Below are positions 30,794 through 40,752 of a DNA stretch of 64,000 nucleotides, piece after piece. Made by a program: the position numbers and the translations under genes. The stretch comes from Candidatus Roizmanbacteria bacterium (lineage in GTDB: Bacteria > Patescibacteriota > Microgenomatia > UBA1406 > GWC2-37-13), in assembly GCA_037444855.1 (NCBI GenBank), contig JBBILO010000004.1, positions 852 to 64,851 on the forward strand, written 5' to 3'. Position 1 is the first letter of the stretch. Every line of letters starts with the position of its first letter. The notes beneath the pieces are model-generated. The model did no database searches and had not been told where the DNA came from. It was given only the letters and a program-made list of their open reading frames with translations.

Positions 30794-31330
30794 TTAACAA
30801 GAAGTTAAATTGTTGTCTAAATTTATTAAGCCAAATTTAGAGATATTGATAGAAATGCATTTATTAATATTACTGTTTTTAATGGTTATTGTAAAAGAGT
30901 TAGCGTTGTTACTGAAGTTTATCTCCGAGGCTAAGGGTTGAAACCAAATATAACCGTTGGTTGGAAGAGAAGTGAACGAAAAAGAAATTCGATATGGTTG
31001 AATGTCAAAATAGGGATTACACGTTGAACCGCAACAGAGTCTTAGAGAATATTGAGATTGATTATTTTGATTCTGAAAATAGACTTGATATCCCTTAAAA
31101 TCATTACAAATTCTGTTTGATACATCTTGGGCGAAAGTTTTTCTTTTTGCTAATTCAAGAACGTTGACTAATTTTTTGGCCTCCTCTTTTAATTTTTGTT
31201 CTTGAGTTTGTCGATTGAATGAGGCTAAACTTAAACTAGTAAGAAGAATAACTATACTGACACTAATGATAATTTCAATTAACGTGAAAGATGAAATTTT
31301 AGCATAAAATTTTTTTCTATTTTTGTCCAT
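30794..31330 (-). CDS. Minor (pseudo)pilin, GspH/FimT-like size
   Basis: ..KISS/FTLIEIIISVSIVILL class III signal; 178 aa. Confidence 0.8.
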   Translation of the reverse strand: MDKNRKKFYAKISSFTLIEIIISVSIVILLTSLSLASFNRQTQEQKLKEEAKKLVNVLELAKRKTFAQDVSNRICNDFKGYQVYFQNQNNQSQYSLRLCCGSTCNPYFDIQPYRISFSFTSLPTNGYIWFQPLASEINFSNNANSFTITIKNSNINKCISINISKFGLINLDNNLTSC

Positions 31331-31733
31331 AAGGTCCTAAACAATAGGTACAATTACTTCCGCATTGACCAACGATACAAGGAGTATTTGATGTTTCCAA
31401 ATATGCTCCTAGAGTAAAATCGTTGGGTGAGATATTACAGTAGTAGAAGAATGTTGATTTTGGATCAGTGGGGATTTTTTGAAGATAAATATTTCCGGAA
31501 GTTAAATAAGTCAAAACATTAGAGCAATTACCGCTGTTTGAAGCGCTAATATAACGATTATTATTTGAGCGATACATTTCCAAAGCGGCTCTTATTTGTT
31601 CTAGATCGGCTTTTCTTTTGGCGTCGTGAGATTGTTTAGTGATTTGAGAGTAGGAAATAGCTGCTCCAGCAGCTAATAATCCAATAATAGTTGCGACCAC
31701 TAAAATCTCGATTAAGGTAAAGCTTTTTTTCAT
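31317..31733 (-). CDS. GspG/PilA-like pilin
   Basis: MKKS/FTLIEILVVATIIGLL plus DAKRKADLEQIRAALEMY block; 138 aa. Confidence 0.85.
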   Translation of the reverse strand: MKKSFTLIEILVVATIIGLLAAGAAISYSQITKQSHDAKRKADLEQIRAALEMYRSNNNRYISASNSGNCSNVLTYLTSGNIYLQKIPTDPKSTFFYYCNISPNDFTLGAYLETSNTPCIVGQCGSNCTYCLGPYGQK

Positions 31734-31736
31734 ATT

Positions 31737-32120
31737 TTATTGTTGATTGCTGACACAAGGTGTTGGCTCTGTTTCTGTTGTTGCGCAGATTCGATAACTT
31801 GTATTGGTACAGCCAGAACAAAGATAAGGATTATTTGTTTTTGGGTCAACAGGTACATTGGTAATGATTACCTGAGGAGGCGTAGGACAAGAAATAGTAG
31901 TAAACCTTCCCCCATTAGGGGTTGGGTATTGATAACCGCAGATTGAATAATACTGTTCTAAGGCATTTTGAATTGCTTTTAAATCATTTTTTCTTTTTGC
32001 ATCGCGTGCTTTTTTTTGAGCAGTTGAATAAGAGGTAGCACCTAAACCAAGTAAGACAGCAATAATCCCAATGACCACGAGCATTTCAAGTAAAGTAAAA
32101 CCTTTTTTTATTTTTTCCAT
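31737..32120 (-). CDS. GspG/PilA-like pilin
   Basis: MEKIKKG/FTLLEMLVVIGIIAVL plus DAKRKNDLKAIQNALEQYY block; 127 aa. Confidence 0.85.
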   Translation of the reverse strand: MEKIKKGFTLLEMLVVIGIIAVLLGLGATSYSTAQKKARDAKRKNDLKAIQNALEQYYSICGYQYPTPNGGRFTTISCPTPPQVIITNVPVDPKTNNPYLCSGCTNTSYRICATTETEPTPCVSNQQ

Positions 32121-32123
32121 AAA

Positions 32124-32576
32124 TTATGGTTGATTAACTTGATAATATTTACCTGAAGGACAAATTTCACCACAACTAATAGTACTCGCTTCAGGATCAG
32201 CCTTATTTTCGATGCAAGCACATAAAGTATAAGTGAGATTATTATTATCAACTAAATAATAATATGGAGTTGGAGCAAGAGGATCGCATGGGATTTTAGC
32301 CATATAGACAGTTGTTCCTGAAGCTAGTTGACTGTTACATGTACCAAAACGATTACCGGCAGTGGCTGTAGGATAAGCTATTGGTGATTTGTCTTGTCGA
32401 TACATCTCTAAAGCCTTCTGAATTTGTTTCAAATCAGATTTTCTTTGAGCATCTCTTGCTCTTTCCCTGGCGCCCATAAAATTAGGGACCAAAAGAGTGG
32501 ATAACCCACCAATAATGGCCATCACCACTAGAAGTTCAATTAAAGTAAACGAATTTATAGAATCAAAACGATTCAT
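32124..32576 (-). CDS. GspG/PilA-like pilin
   Basis: [25 protein letters not shown] plus [18 protein letters not shown] block. ATG 32576 or 32588. Confidence 0.85.
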   Translation of the reverse strand: MNRFDSINSFTLIELLVVMAIIGGLSTLLVPNFMGARERARDAQRKSDLKQIQKALEMYRQDKSPIAYPTATAGNRFGTCNSQLASGTTVYMAKIPCDPLAPTPYYYLVDNNNLTYTLCACIENKADPEASTISCGEICPSGKYYQVNQP

Positions 32577-33276
32577 TATTTTTGGCATTTCTATCTATCA
32601 TAATTTCTTTTTTAATTAAAATCAAGTAGTTGTCTAGTGCTAGTTGGGGATTGATATTATTATTTTCAATTAAATTGATAAGATTGAGTCCTTCTTTAAT
32701 AATTTCTGAGAGTAATGAGTAATCTCTATTGTTTTTTTGTTTGATTTTAAAAAAAAATTTCCTTGTTAGTTTAATTATTATTAAAAGTAAATAGATCGCT
32801 CTTTCTTTTGTGGTAACTTCAAAGAAAGAATTAGTAAAGTGAGAAGTCAAGTTTGGATCAAGCAAGATTTTTTCTACTTCTGCAACTTCTTTTTTTTGAT
32901 ATTCAAAATCAGGTTGTGATTTATTTAAGTAAATAACTCTAGTTCTTGAAATAATTGTTGGTAGTAATTTATTAAGATTTCTTACTGCTAAAAGAATTAG
33001 ATTATTGGTTGCTTGTTCCTCCAGGGTTTTTAATAAGGCATTTTGAGCCTCAATATTTGCTTTATCAAAATCATAAAAAATTATCAAAGAAATTTCCTTT
33101 TTCACGTATTTGAAAATTTTTGTAATTTCTCTAATTTGATCAACAGTAATCCCTTTTTCTTTAAGTGGTTCGATTTTAGTAATATTAAAGAAATTAATAT
33201 GAAATTTTTTTATTTCTTGATTGATATATTGATCAAGAGTAATTCTATTCTTAAAAATAATTAACTGCGGAATCAT
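32563..33276 (-). CDS. holB: DNA polymerase III delta-prime-like subunit (degenerate, no P-loop)
   Basis: [40 protein letters not shown] matches the HolB sensor and SRC region. Start set to ATG 33276 because a TATAAT lies 6 nt upstream. Confidence 0.6.
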   Translation of the reverse strand: MIPQLIIFKNRITLDQYINQEIKKFHINFFNITKIEPLKEKGITVDQIREITKIFKYVKKEISLIIFYDFDKANIEAQNALLKTLEEQATNNLILLAVRNLNKLLPTIISRTRVIYLNKSQPDFEYQKKEVAEVEKILLDPNLTSHFTNSFFEVTTKERAIYLLLIIIKLTRKFFFKIKQKNNRDYSLLSEIIKEGLNLINLIENNNINPQLALDNYLILIKKEIMIDRNAKNNESF

Positions 33277-33282
33277 TCTAAA

Positions 33283-33317
33283 ATTATATTGCATTTTTAC
33301 GAGACTCAACATATATT
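33283..33317. promoter_or_regulatory. Back-to-back promoters of holB (minus) and pilB (plus), both with leaderless geometry
   Basis: On the minus strand, TATAAT (33283-33288) lies 6 nt before holB ATG 33276. On the plus strand, TTGCAT (33289-33294), 17 nt, TATATT (33312-33317), then 6 nt before pilB ATG 33324. Confidence 0.5.
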
Positions 33318-33323
33318 TTATTT

Positions 33324-35030
33324 ATGTTTAATATCGTACCACAAGCATTGCTTAATTATCTTGTTGAGAGAAAATTCATTTCCAAAGCTCAAGCTAACTT
33401 TTATGAAGTCGACTCTCTTAATACAAACGAACCAATAGTTTTATATCTGTTAAAGAAAGAAGTTGTTAGCAAACAAGTTTTATTAGATGCTATTAGTCAA
33501 ATTTCAAAAATTTCAACAGTTGATATCCTTAATATACCTATCGATCCAGAATCTTTGAGTTTAATTCCCATCTCTCTTGCCCGTAAATATTCAATTTTTC
33601 CCTTTCAATTAAAAAAAGACACCAACGAGCTGTATATCGCCACCAGTGATCCATACGATCTTCATTTAAAAAATTTTTTAGAAAATAAGTCTGGTAAAAA
33701 AGTTATTTTCTTTTTTGCTTTTTTAGATGACATTGTGAAAGCTATTGAAAATAATTATATCCAATCAATCTCTAATGAAGTGATTGAAGCCTTGTCAGAG
33801 TCGTCAAACATTAAAAAGAAATCTCCATCTCCTGAAATGGCTGTAGTCAAAGAGGCACCGATAACGAAAATAGTAAATATTATCCTAGATTTTTCTATAA
33901 AAAGCCGAAGTTCTGATATTCATATCGAACCATCAGCTTATCGAACGAGAGTAAGATATCGAATCGATGGAATTCTTCATGAAAAATTGAGTTTGCCCAG
34001 AGAAATTCATGAGGCGCTCGTTTCAAGAATTAAAATTCTTTCCGGCATGAAGATTGATGAAAAAAGAATTTCCCAAGATGGTCGGTTTAGCTATCGATTT
34101 GGGGATGAAGAGATAGATTTGCGTGTTTCCACATTACCTACTGTTCATGGTGAAAAAATTGTTATGAGACTTTTAAAAAAGACAGGTGGTTTACCTTCGC
34201 TCTACGATCTAGGTTTGAGAGGAAGTCAGTTAAAAGATTTGGAAGAAGCGATTACAAAACCCTATGGTATTATTTTAGTCACCGGTCCAACTGGTTCTGG
34301 AAAGACAACTACCCTTTACTCCGTTTTATCAAAATTAAATAAACCTGGAGTTAATATTGTTACCCTTGAAGATCCGGTTGAGTATCAGATAGAAGGAATA
34401 AATCAGGTCCAAATCAACCCGCAAGCGGGATTAACTTTTGCCAATGGTTTAAGAGCATTTTTACGTCAGGATCCAAATATTATTCTTGTGGGAGAAATAC
34501 GAGATAGAGAAACGACTCAGCTTGCTATCCAAGCAGCGTTGACCGGCCATTTAGTTTTTTCAACTCTTCATACTAACAATGCTTCAACAGCAATTCCTAG
34601 ATTAATAGATCTTGGTGCGGAGCCTTTTTTGATTTCCTCAGTCCTCACTGCCAGTATTGCTCAAAGGATCGTTAGAAGAGTTTGTTCTCATTGCAAGATC
34701 AGTTTTCTCCCTGAATCAGAAGTGATAGAAAATATTAAAAAAATTCTTGGACCATTAATTTCTCAAGAGAAAGAGAGACAACTAAAATTGTACCGTGGAA
34801 CTGGTTGTAGTGAGTGTAATAATACTGGTTATTTAGGTCGAATTGGAATTTTTGAAGTCTTGAAAATTACGCCTAAAATTAATAAATTAATTACTAAACA
34901 GGTGCCAGCGGCTGAAATTGAAAAACAAGCAATAGAAGAAGGATTTATCACCATGCTTCAAGATGGCTATTTAAAAGTTTTAGATGGCATAACTACAATT
35001 GAGGAAGTTTTAAGAGTGGCTGAAATTTAA
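33324..35030 (+). CDS. pilB: Type IV pilus assembly ATPase PilB (GspE family)
   Basis: Walker A GPTGSGKTTT, Asp and His boxes, tetracysteine CSHC..CSEC; 568 aa. Confidence 0.92.
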   Translation: MFNIVPQALLNYLVERKFISKAQANFYEVDSLNTNEPIVLYLLKKEVVSKQVLLDAISQISKISTVDILNIPIDPESLSLIPISLARKYSIFPFQLKKDTNELYIATSDPYDLHLKNFLENKSGKKVIFFFAFLDDIVKAIENNYIQSISNEVIEALSESSNIKKKSPSPEMAVVKEAPITKIVNIILDFSIKSRSSDIHIEPSAYRTRVRYRIDGILHEKLSLPREIHEALVSRIKILSGMKIDEKRISQDGRFSYRFGDEEIDLRVSTLPTVHGEKIVMRLLKKTGGLPSLYDLGLRGSQLKDLEEAITKPYGIILVTGPTGSGKTTTLYSVLSKLNKPGVNIVTLEDPVEYQIEGINQVQINPQAGLTFANGLRAFLRQDPNIILVGEIRDRETTQLAIQAALTGHLVFSTLHTNNASTAIPRLIDLGAEPFLISSVLTASIAQRIVRRVCSHCKISFLPESEVIENIKKILGPLISQEKERQLKLYRGTGCSECNNTGYLGRIGIFEVLKITPKINKLITKQVPAAEIEKQAIEEGFITMLQDGYLKVLDGITTIEEVLRVAEI

Positions 35031-35041
35031 GATTAATTACT

Positions 35042-36094
35042 ATGACAATTTTTGATCTTTTTGATGAGGTGATTGCGAGAAATGCTTCTGATCTTCATCT
35101 GATTTATGATTATCATCCAACTGTGAGAATTAATAACCAGTTATTTTCCTTATCACAATATTCTAGGCTAAACGAAGAAACTTTAAAAAATTTAATTTTA
35201 TCCATTTTAACTCCTGAGCAAAAAGAAAATCTATTCCTCAATAAAGATATTGATTTTGCTTACGAGTATCAGGGATATCGATTCAGAACTAATATTTATT
35301 TTAGTCGTGAAAAGATAGCAGCTGCTTTTCGCTTGATAAATAAAACGATTGGTGATTTAAAAGATCTCAATCTTCCTGAACATCTAAAATCAGTTACTAA
35401 TTTTAATCAAGGATTAATTATCGTAACTGGTCCAACCGGGGAAGGCAAATCAACGACCATCGCCGCTCTTATTAATTTAATTAATCTTAATCAGTTTAAA
35501 CATATAATTACGATTGAAGATCCGATCGAGTATTTATTTCCTAAGGGAAAGTCTATTATCTCTCAGCGTGAAGTCCATCAAGATACTTTATCATGGCGGG
35601 CAGCTTTACGATCAGCCCTTCGTGAGGATCCCGATGTTGTTCTTATTGGAGAGATGAGAGATTACGAAACGATCCAAGCGGTGTTGACAATAGCTGAAAC
35701 AGGTCACTTAGTTTTTTCCTCTCTTCATACTGGATCAGCGCCTGAAGCGATCAATCGGATTATCGATGTTTTTCCTTCACATCAGCAAAATCAAGCGAAA
35801 ACTCAACTAGCTATGGTTTTGCGGACAATCATTGCTCAGCGATTAATTCCTGTTTTTGATAGTTCTTATCGAATCCCTGCATTAGAAATTCTCCATAATA
35901 ATCCTTCCGTCGCCTCAATCATTAGAGAAGGAAAAACACATCTTTTAGATAATGTTTTGGAAACATCTGAGGCTTCTGGGATGATTATTTTTGAAAAATA
36001 CCTCTTAAGACTCTATAATGAAGGGTTGATCACCAAAGAAAATGCATATCTTTATGCCATTAGACCTGACGAAGTGAAAAAATTTATTAAATAA
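35042..36094 (+). CDS. pilT: Twitching-motility retraction ATPase PilT
   Basis: ASDLHL, GPTGEGKSTT, REDPDVVLIGEMRD, GHLVFSSLHT; 350 aa. Confidence 0.9.
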   Translation: MTIFDLFDEVIARNASDLHLIYDYHPTVRINNQLFSLSQYSRLNEETLKNLILSILTPEQKENLFLNKDIDFAYEYQGYRFRTNIYFSREKIAAAFRLINKTIGDLKDLNLPEHLKSVTNFNQGLIIVTGPTGEGKSTTIAALINLINLNQFKHIITIEDPIEYLFPKGKSIISQREVHQDTLSWRAALRSALREDPDVVLIGEMRDYETIQAVLTIAETGHLVFSSLHTGSAPEAINRIIDVFPSHQQNQAKTQLAMVLRTIIAQRLIPVFDSSYRIPALEILHNNPSVASIIREGKTHLLDNVLETSEASGMIIFEKYLLRLYNEGLITKENAYLYAIRPDEVKKFIK

Positions 36095-36097
36095 AAG

Positions 36098-37300
36098 ATG
36101 AAATATCAAGTTAAAATCTCCAAAGACAGTAAAATTTTTACTCGAGTGATCGAATCGGAAAACGAAAAAACATTGATTAATTTTTTAAAAAATCAAGGTT
36201 ATTTTATCATTGATATTAAATCGATAGACTTAAATAAAATTCCATTGTTTGCTAATTTCTTTGATAGAGTGACGTTTGACGATATCGTTAATTTTACTCG
36301 GCAATTGGCAATGATGCTTAATGCTGGGTTAACATTGATCGATGCTCTTAATATTTTAAAACAGCAAACTGTTAAAAAGAGTTATTTTAATTTACTTGAA
36401 GATATAGATAAAGAAATTAGAAGTGGAAATAGTTTCTATAACGCCTTAAAAAAACACAAAAATTATTTTTCTAACTTATATATTGCCTTAGTAAGATCCG
36501 GCGAAGCTTCAGGCAAGCTCAATGAGATTTTGCTTAAATTGGCAGATACCCTTGAAGGAGAAAAAGAATTCAAGAGCAAAATTAGTTCAGCTCTTATCTA
36601 TCCAATTATTATTATCGTGGCGATGTTTGGGGTAATGTTTATCATGGTTGCTTTTGTTATTCCAAAGTTGCTAGGACTCTATAAAGATTTTAATATTGAC
36701 CTTCCTTTTACAACGAAAATTCTTATTTTTATTTCTAACGTAACGGTTAAAATGTGGCCATTCATTTTAACAGTGATCTTTGGTTTACTCATTATTGGCC
36801 AGAGATTACTTAAAATTGAGCCAATACGCTATAAAATTGATGAAAAAATTTTAAAAGTACCAGTTTTTGGTCAGATTATTCAAAAAGCGGCTTTGGTTAA
36901 TACGACAAGAACTTTATCAATCTTAATTAAAAGTGGTATTTCTATTTTGGATGGATTACAAATTGTTACTGATATTGTTGACAATCTTGTTTATAAAAAA
37001 GCATTTCTACGAATTTATAAGGAGGTAGAAAAAGGAATCACTCTAGGCAACGCTTTAAGTAATGCTGGTATCTTTCCTCCAATATTGATTCAAATGACAA
37101 CAGTTGGTGAGGAAACCGGCCATTTAGATGAGACCTACGAAAAAATCTCTAGATATTTTGAGATGGAGTCTGAACTGGCATTAAAATCAGCCACCGCCCT
37201 GATTGAACCGGCGATTTTGGTGTTTCTTGGCATTGGAGTGGGCTTCTTAGTGATTTCAGTCATTACCCCAATTTATAATTTAACAACCTCCTTTAAATAA
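36098..37300 (+). CDS. pilC: Type IV pilus platform protein PilC (GspF family)
   Basis: Two GspF repeats, 3 TM helices, 400 aa, directly after pilB and pilT. Confidence 0.9.
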   Translation: MKYQVKISKDSKIFTRVIESENEKTLINFLKNQGYFIIDIKSIDLNKIPLFANFFDRVTFDDIVNFTRQLAMMLNAGLTLIDALNILKQQTVKKSYFNLLEDIDKEIRSGNSFYNALKKHKNYFSNLYIALVRSGEASGKLNEILLKLADTLEGEKEFKSKISSALIYPIIIIVAMFGVMFIMVAFVIPKLLGLYKDFNIDLPFTTKILIFISNVTVKMWPFILTVIFGLLIIGQRLLKIEPIRYKIDEKILKVPVFGQIIQKAALVNTTRTLSILIKSGISILDGLQIVTDIVDNLVYKKAFLRIYKEVEKGITLGNALSNAGIFPPILIQMTTVGEETGHLDETYEKISRYFEMESELALKSATALIEPAILVFLGIGVGFLVISVITPIYNLTTSFK

Positions 37301-37361
37301 TCTTAAATAAAATTCGCACGAGGACTGGCTAAAAGTTGATTATTTTATGCTAATATTTTTT

Positions 37362-39077
37362 TTATAATTTTTTGTCGACTTTTTTGTAAATTCTGATTAC
37401 CGGATGGTCAAAAACCGTCCAAGTCTCCTCGGCTTCTTCATCAGGAAACTCCAGAAGTTTTTTTCCTAATAACTCGATTTTTGGAAAATTTGAAAAAGTT
37501 TTAATTAATTGGTATTGGCTTGAAAAAAGAAGATTCTGATAATAATTTTGTAAAAGAGGGTATTTTTTTAATATTTCTTTACACCTATTTTTATCGTAGC
37601 TGATGTCATTGGCATTAAAAATGCACGTATAATTATAGATTAATCTTCTTGAAGGGATAATGATATAATCTGCTTTTTTGAGATATTGTTCCAGGTCTAC
37701 CTGAAGCAAACGATCATTATCAAGATCATAAAAATTAAATGCAACATAATCGAATTTTTTTCCATTAGTTTCATCGATTGTAAAGGGAACATCGACAACG
37801 TTAGCGGTTTCTGATAAAATAAAAGCATTATTTTCTAAGTGTTGAAAAATCCATTTAGAAGCTGTAATTCTTATATCCTCATTTTGATAAATTGAAAAAA
37901 ATGTTATCCCGGGGAGAATTGAAACAAACAATAGTAAAAGGTATAAAAAATTAGATTTTATTTTCATCAAAAAAATTACCGAGAAAACTAACATTAAAGG
38001 AAAAATTGGTGCAAGAAAACGGGACCATTTTACATAAAGAAAAGCATTAATCAAAAAATAAGAAATGATACTCATCTTAAGAATTAGATTTTTCTTATCT
38101 TTCCATGAGGTAAGAATAAATCCCAGCAAAAACAAGATAAATAACGGCCAACCAAGTGAATATGGAAAAATTTTAAAAAATTGGAACATTATAGGGATAC
38201 TCTTTTCAAATTGATAAGTATAAAAGACTTTTATTCTCCCAGTCGCTACAGCCGTTTCATAGTTAATTGATGATAAAAATTCGGCAGAGTTTAAAAAATT
38301 ATGTGGTGAAGAAATGAAAAAAAATAATAAGGTATAAAGTAAGAAAATTAATTGGTTGACAAATCTTTCCTGCCATGTTTTTGACTTAAGAAAAAAAGTA
38401 ATTAAAACAGTGATCAAGAATGTTAAACTACTAACTTTTGTTCCAAGAGACAAGCCTGACAACAATCCAAGAAAAAAGACATTTTTTCTGCTTAAGGGGC
38501 GATCTAACATCATTTTAAGACATAAATAGACGATGCCTGTATAAAAAAACATCAAAAGAGACTCGGTAGTGCCAAAGTGAGCGTATTGGATAAAAAAAGG
38601 GACAAAAATAAAAACAGACAAACTTAAAAGAAAACGCCAACTTTTTTCAGGATAAATCAATCTAAAAATATGCAGTAGGAGATAAAAATTTAAAATACTA
38701 GCCAACAAAGAGGTAATTCTTAGAGAAAGGACAGCCTCGGGGTAAGTAATTATTAAATCGGGATATTTTTTTATAAAGTGAATTAAATTTAGCCATATCA
38801 AGCTTAAATAAAGAGGTAATTGTCCGTAGGCATAAAAATGAGGTTGATAACAATTTTTCAACCAGAGGAAAAAATGATTGAAATTTAAGCCTGATGATAA
38901 ATCATAAGGTGGACAGCGAAGATTTTGAAGGGCAACAGCCATATTTCTTTCATCCGGATGCATTGGCAGTGGTAGTCCCCAACTAATATTAGTAATTCTT
39001 GTTAAAATAAGACTGCTAAGAAGAAAAACCCAACAGATAAAAGATATTAATCTCTTGATTTTTTTGAATTTTTTCAT
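37362..39077 (-). CDS. GT-C fold glycosyltransferase (GT39/ArnT/PMT-like)
   Basis: More than 10 TM helices. First-loop motif GLPLPMHPDERNMAV and C-terminal soluble domain. 571 aa, convergent with pilC. Confidence 0.6.
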   Translation of the reverse strand: MKKFKKIKRLISFICWVFLLSSLILTRITNISWGLPLPMHPDERNMAVALQNLRCPPYDLSSGLNFNHFFLWLKNCYQPHFYAYGQLPLYLSLIWLNLIHFIKKYPDLIITYPEAVLSLRITSLLASILNFYLLLHIFRLIYPEKSWRFLLSLSVFIFVPFFIQYAHFGTTESLLMFFYTGIVYLCLKMMLDRPLSRKNVFFLGLLSGLSLGTKVSSLTFLITVLITFFLKSKTWQERFVNQLIFLLYTLLFFFISSPHNFLNSAEFLSSINYETAVATGRIKVFYTYQFEKSIPIMFQFFKIFPYSLGWPLFILFLLGFILTSWKDKKNLILKMSIISYFLINAFLYVKWSRFLAPIFPLMLVFSVIFLMKIKSNFLYLLLLFVSILPGITFFSIYQNEDIRITASKWIFQHLENNAFILSETANVVDVPFTIDETNGKKFDYVAFNFYDLDNDRLLQVDLEQYLKKADYIIIPSRRLIYNYTCIFNANDISYDKNRCKEILKKYPLLQNYYQNLLFSSQYQLIKTFSNFPKIELLGKKLLEFPDEEAEETWTVFDHPVIRIYKKVDKKL

Positions 39078-39140
39078 ATAATAATAATAAATTATAAGAG
39101 TTTTATATTTACTTTATATTTTATTGATATTTTAAAATTA

Positions 39141-39407
39141 ATGAACACATACGAGTTAGTTCTTCTTCTTAGAAATAAAGAAGAAATCAATCAAATCAAA
39201 GATTTTCTAAATAAAAATAAAATTACTCTCAATAAAGTTGATGAATGGGGTGAAAAAGTTCTAGCATACAAAATTAAATCATTGAAAAAAGCATTTTACT
39301 ATCTTCTTGATATTTCAATTGAAAATAAAAATACTTTAAACCTTAGGAAATGGTTAAACTATAATGATAAAGTTATTCGTTATTTATTATTAGTTAAAAA
39401 AAGGTAA
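39141..39407 (+). CDS. rpsF: 30S ribosomal protein S6
   Basis: MNTYELVLLLR start; rpsF-ssb-rpsR synteny. Confidence 0.85.
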   Translation: MNTYELVLLLRNKEEINQIKDFLNKNKITLNKVDEWGEKVLAYKIKSLKKAFYYLLDISIENKNTLNLRKWLNYNDKVIRYLLLVKKR

Positions 39408-39409
39408 TT

Positions 39410-39922
39410 ATGGCTAATCGATGTGTCAACAAAGTGATTTTAATTGGTAATTTAACTCGTGATCCTGAATTGCGATTTACCCCGGAAGGAGTGCCGGTTT
39501 GTACCTTTGGAGTTGCCACCAACCGGAGTTGGTTAACCAGTGATGGACAAAAAAAAGAAGAAGTCCAATATCATCGTATTGTTGCCTGGCAAAAGCTGGC
39601 TGAGCTATGCGCCAAACTTCTTACTAAGGGAAAAAAAGTTTATTTGGAAGGAAGGATTACCTACAGGACTTTTACGGGAAAGGATAATCAAGAGAGAATG
39701 GTTGCCGAAATCGTTCTTGAAGACTTTGTTAGTTGTGACAATCGAAATAAGAAGGGAGAGATGGCGATAGAAAATGAGACGAGTGAAAAATCAACGATAA
39801 ATACGCAAGGTAATGAAAATAAAGAGAAAGAAAAAGATTCACCAGATCAATCTGAACCAAATTTAAGCACTGAATCTTTGACTAATCAAGAAGATGTTAA
39901 CCCTGAAGATATACCATTTTGA
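39410..39922 (+). CDS. ssb: Single-stranded DNA-binding protein
   Basis: NKVILIGNLTRDPELRFTPEG OB fold and acidic tail ending DIPF. TGA stop. Confidence 0.92.
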   Translation: MANRCVNKVILIGNLTRDPELRFTPEGVPVCTFGVATNRSWLTSDGQKKEEVQYHRIVAWQKLAELCAKLLTKGKKVYLEGRITYRTFTGKDNQERMVAEIVLEDFVSCDNRNKKGEMAIENETSEKSTINTQGNENKEKEKDSPDQSEPNLSTESLTNQEDVNPEDIPF

Positions 39923-39946
39923 TCATTTTTAACTTGAAATTAAAAT

Positions 39947-40165
39947 ATGGATTGTTTTTTTTGCAAATTTAAAATTAATCCTAGTTTTAAAGAAATTGAT
40001 AACTTGACTAAATTTTTATCCCCAAGAGGAAAAATTCTTGGTCGAAAAAAATCTGGACTGTGCGCTAAACATCAGCGAAGTTTATCGAAGCAAGTAAAAT
40101 ACGCTAGATTTTTAGCATTGATTCCTTATGTGTCTTATCATTCGCTAAAGATTAAAGAGTCTTAA
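39947..40165 (+). CDS. rpsR: 30S ribosomal protein S18
   Basis: LTKFLSPRGKILGRKKSGLCAKHQRSLSKQVKYARFLALIPY. Confidence 0.9.
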   Translation: MDCFFCKFKINPSFKEIDNLTKFLSPRGKILGRKKSGLCAKHQRSLSKQVKYARFLALIPYVSYHSLKIKES

Positions 40166-40172
40166 ATTGATA

Positions 40173-40715
40173 ATGATTTTTTTATCTTTAACAATACTAA
40201 TTTTATCTCTATCCTTTTTAATATTATTTAATTTTTACTTGATTTCTTTACTGATTTCAACCTTTTATGGCGCTCCTTTTGTTCCAACAGATAAAAAAAA
40301 GATTAAGAGTATTTTAGAGAAAGCGAGGTTAACAAAAAATAGTTATTTTTATGAATTGGGATGTGGAGATGGAAGAATTGTCAATTTCGCTGTTAAATAC
40401 TATCAGGTCAAAGGAATTGGGATTGAAATTAATCCATTCTTCATTGTGGTTTTAAGATTCAAGTCTTGGTTTACTAAAAAAGATAATCCTCAATATTTGT
40501 TTAAGAATTTTTTTAACGTTAATTTACAAAAAGCCGATTATATTTATTGCTTTTTGCTTCCAAAACAGCTTTTTCTTTTAAGAAAAAAGTTTGAAAGGGA
40601 ACTAAAAAAGGGGACAATTATTATTTCACATGGTTTTAAAATTCCTCGCTGGAATAAAAAAATCTATGACCAGATAGTTGACCAACGCTTCTCGACATAT
40701 TTTTATCGATTTTAA
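40173..40715 (+). CDS. Class I SAM-dependent methyltransferase with N-terminal TM helix
   Basis: Motif I YELGCGDGRIV. ATG 40173 preferred over the TTG at 40167. Confidence 0.65.
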   Translation: MIFLSLTILILSLSFLILFNFYLISLLISTFYGAPFVPTDKKKIKSILEKARLTKNSYFYELGCGDGRIVNFAVKYYQVKGIGIEINPFFIVVLRFKSWFTKKDNPQYLFKNFFNVNLQKADYIYCFLLPKQLFLLRKKFERELKKGTIIISHGFKIPRWNKKIYDQIVDQRFSTYFYRF

Positions 40716-40716
40716 C

Positions 40717-40746
40717 TTGATCTTTTTTTAAAAATTTGATTAGAAT
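40717..40746 (+). promoter_or_regulatory. Promoter of the GH73-like gene A with leaderless geometry
   Basis: TTGATC (40717-40722), 18 nt, TAGAAT (40741-40746), 6 nt, ATG 40753. Confidence 0.4.
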
Positions 40747-40752
40747 AAAAGT

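Noticed and set aside
31636-31946. Overlapping ORFs 31636-31821 (minus) and 31740-31946 (plus) within the pilin genes
   Set aside because: They are out of frame or antisense to two pilin ORFs that carry complete class III signal peptides. They have no motifs of their own.
39920-39922. Alternative genetic code (UGA recoding, as in some candidate phyla)
   Set aside because: ssb ends at TGA right after its canonical DIPF tail, and the DUF59 gene also ends at TGA. All conserved genes are intact under the standard code.
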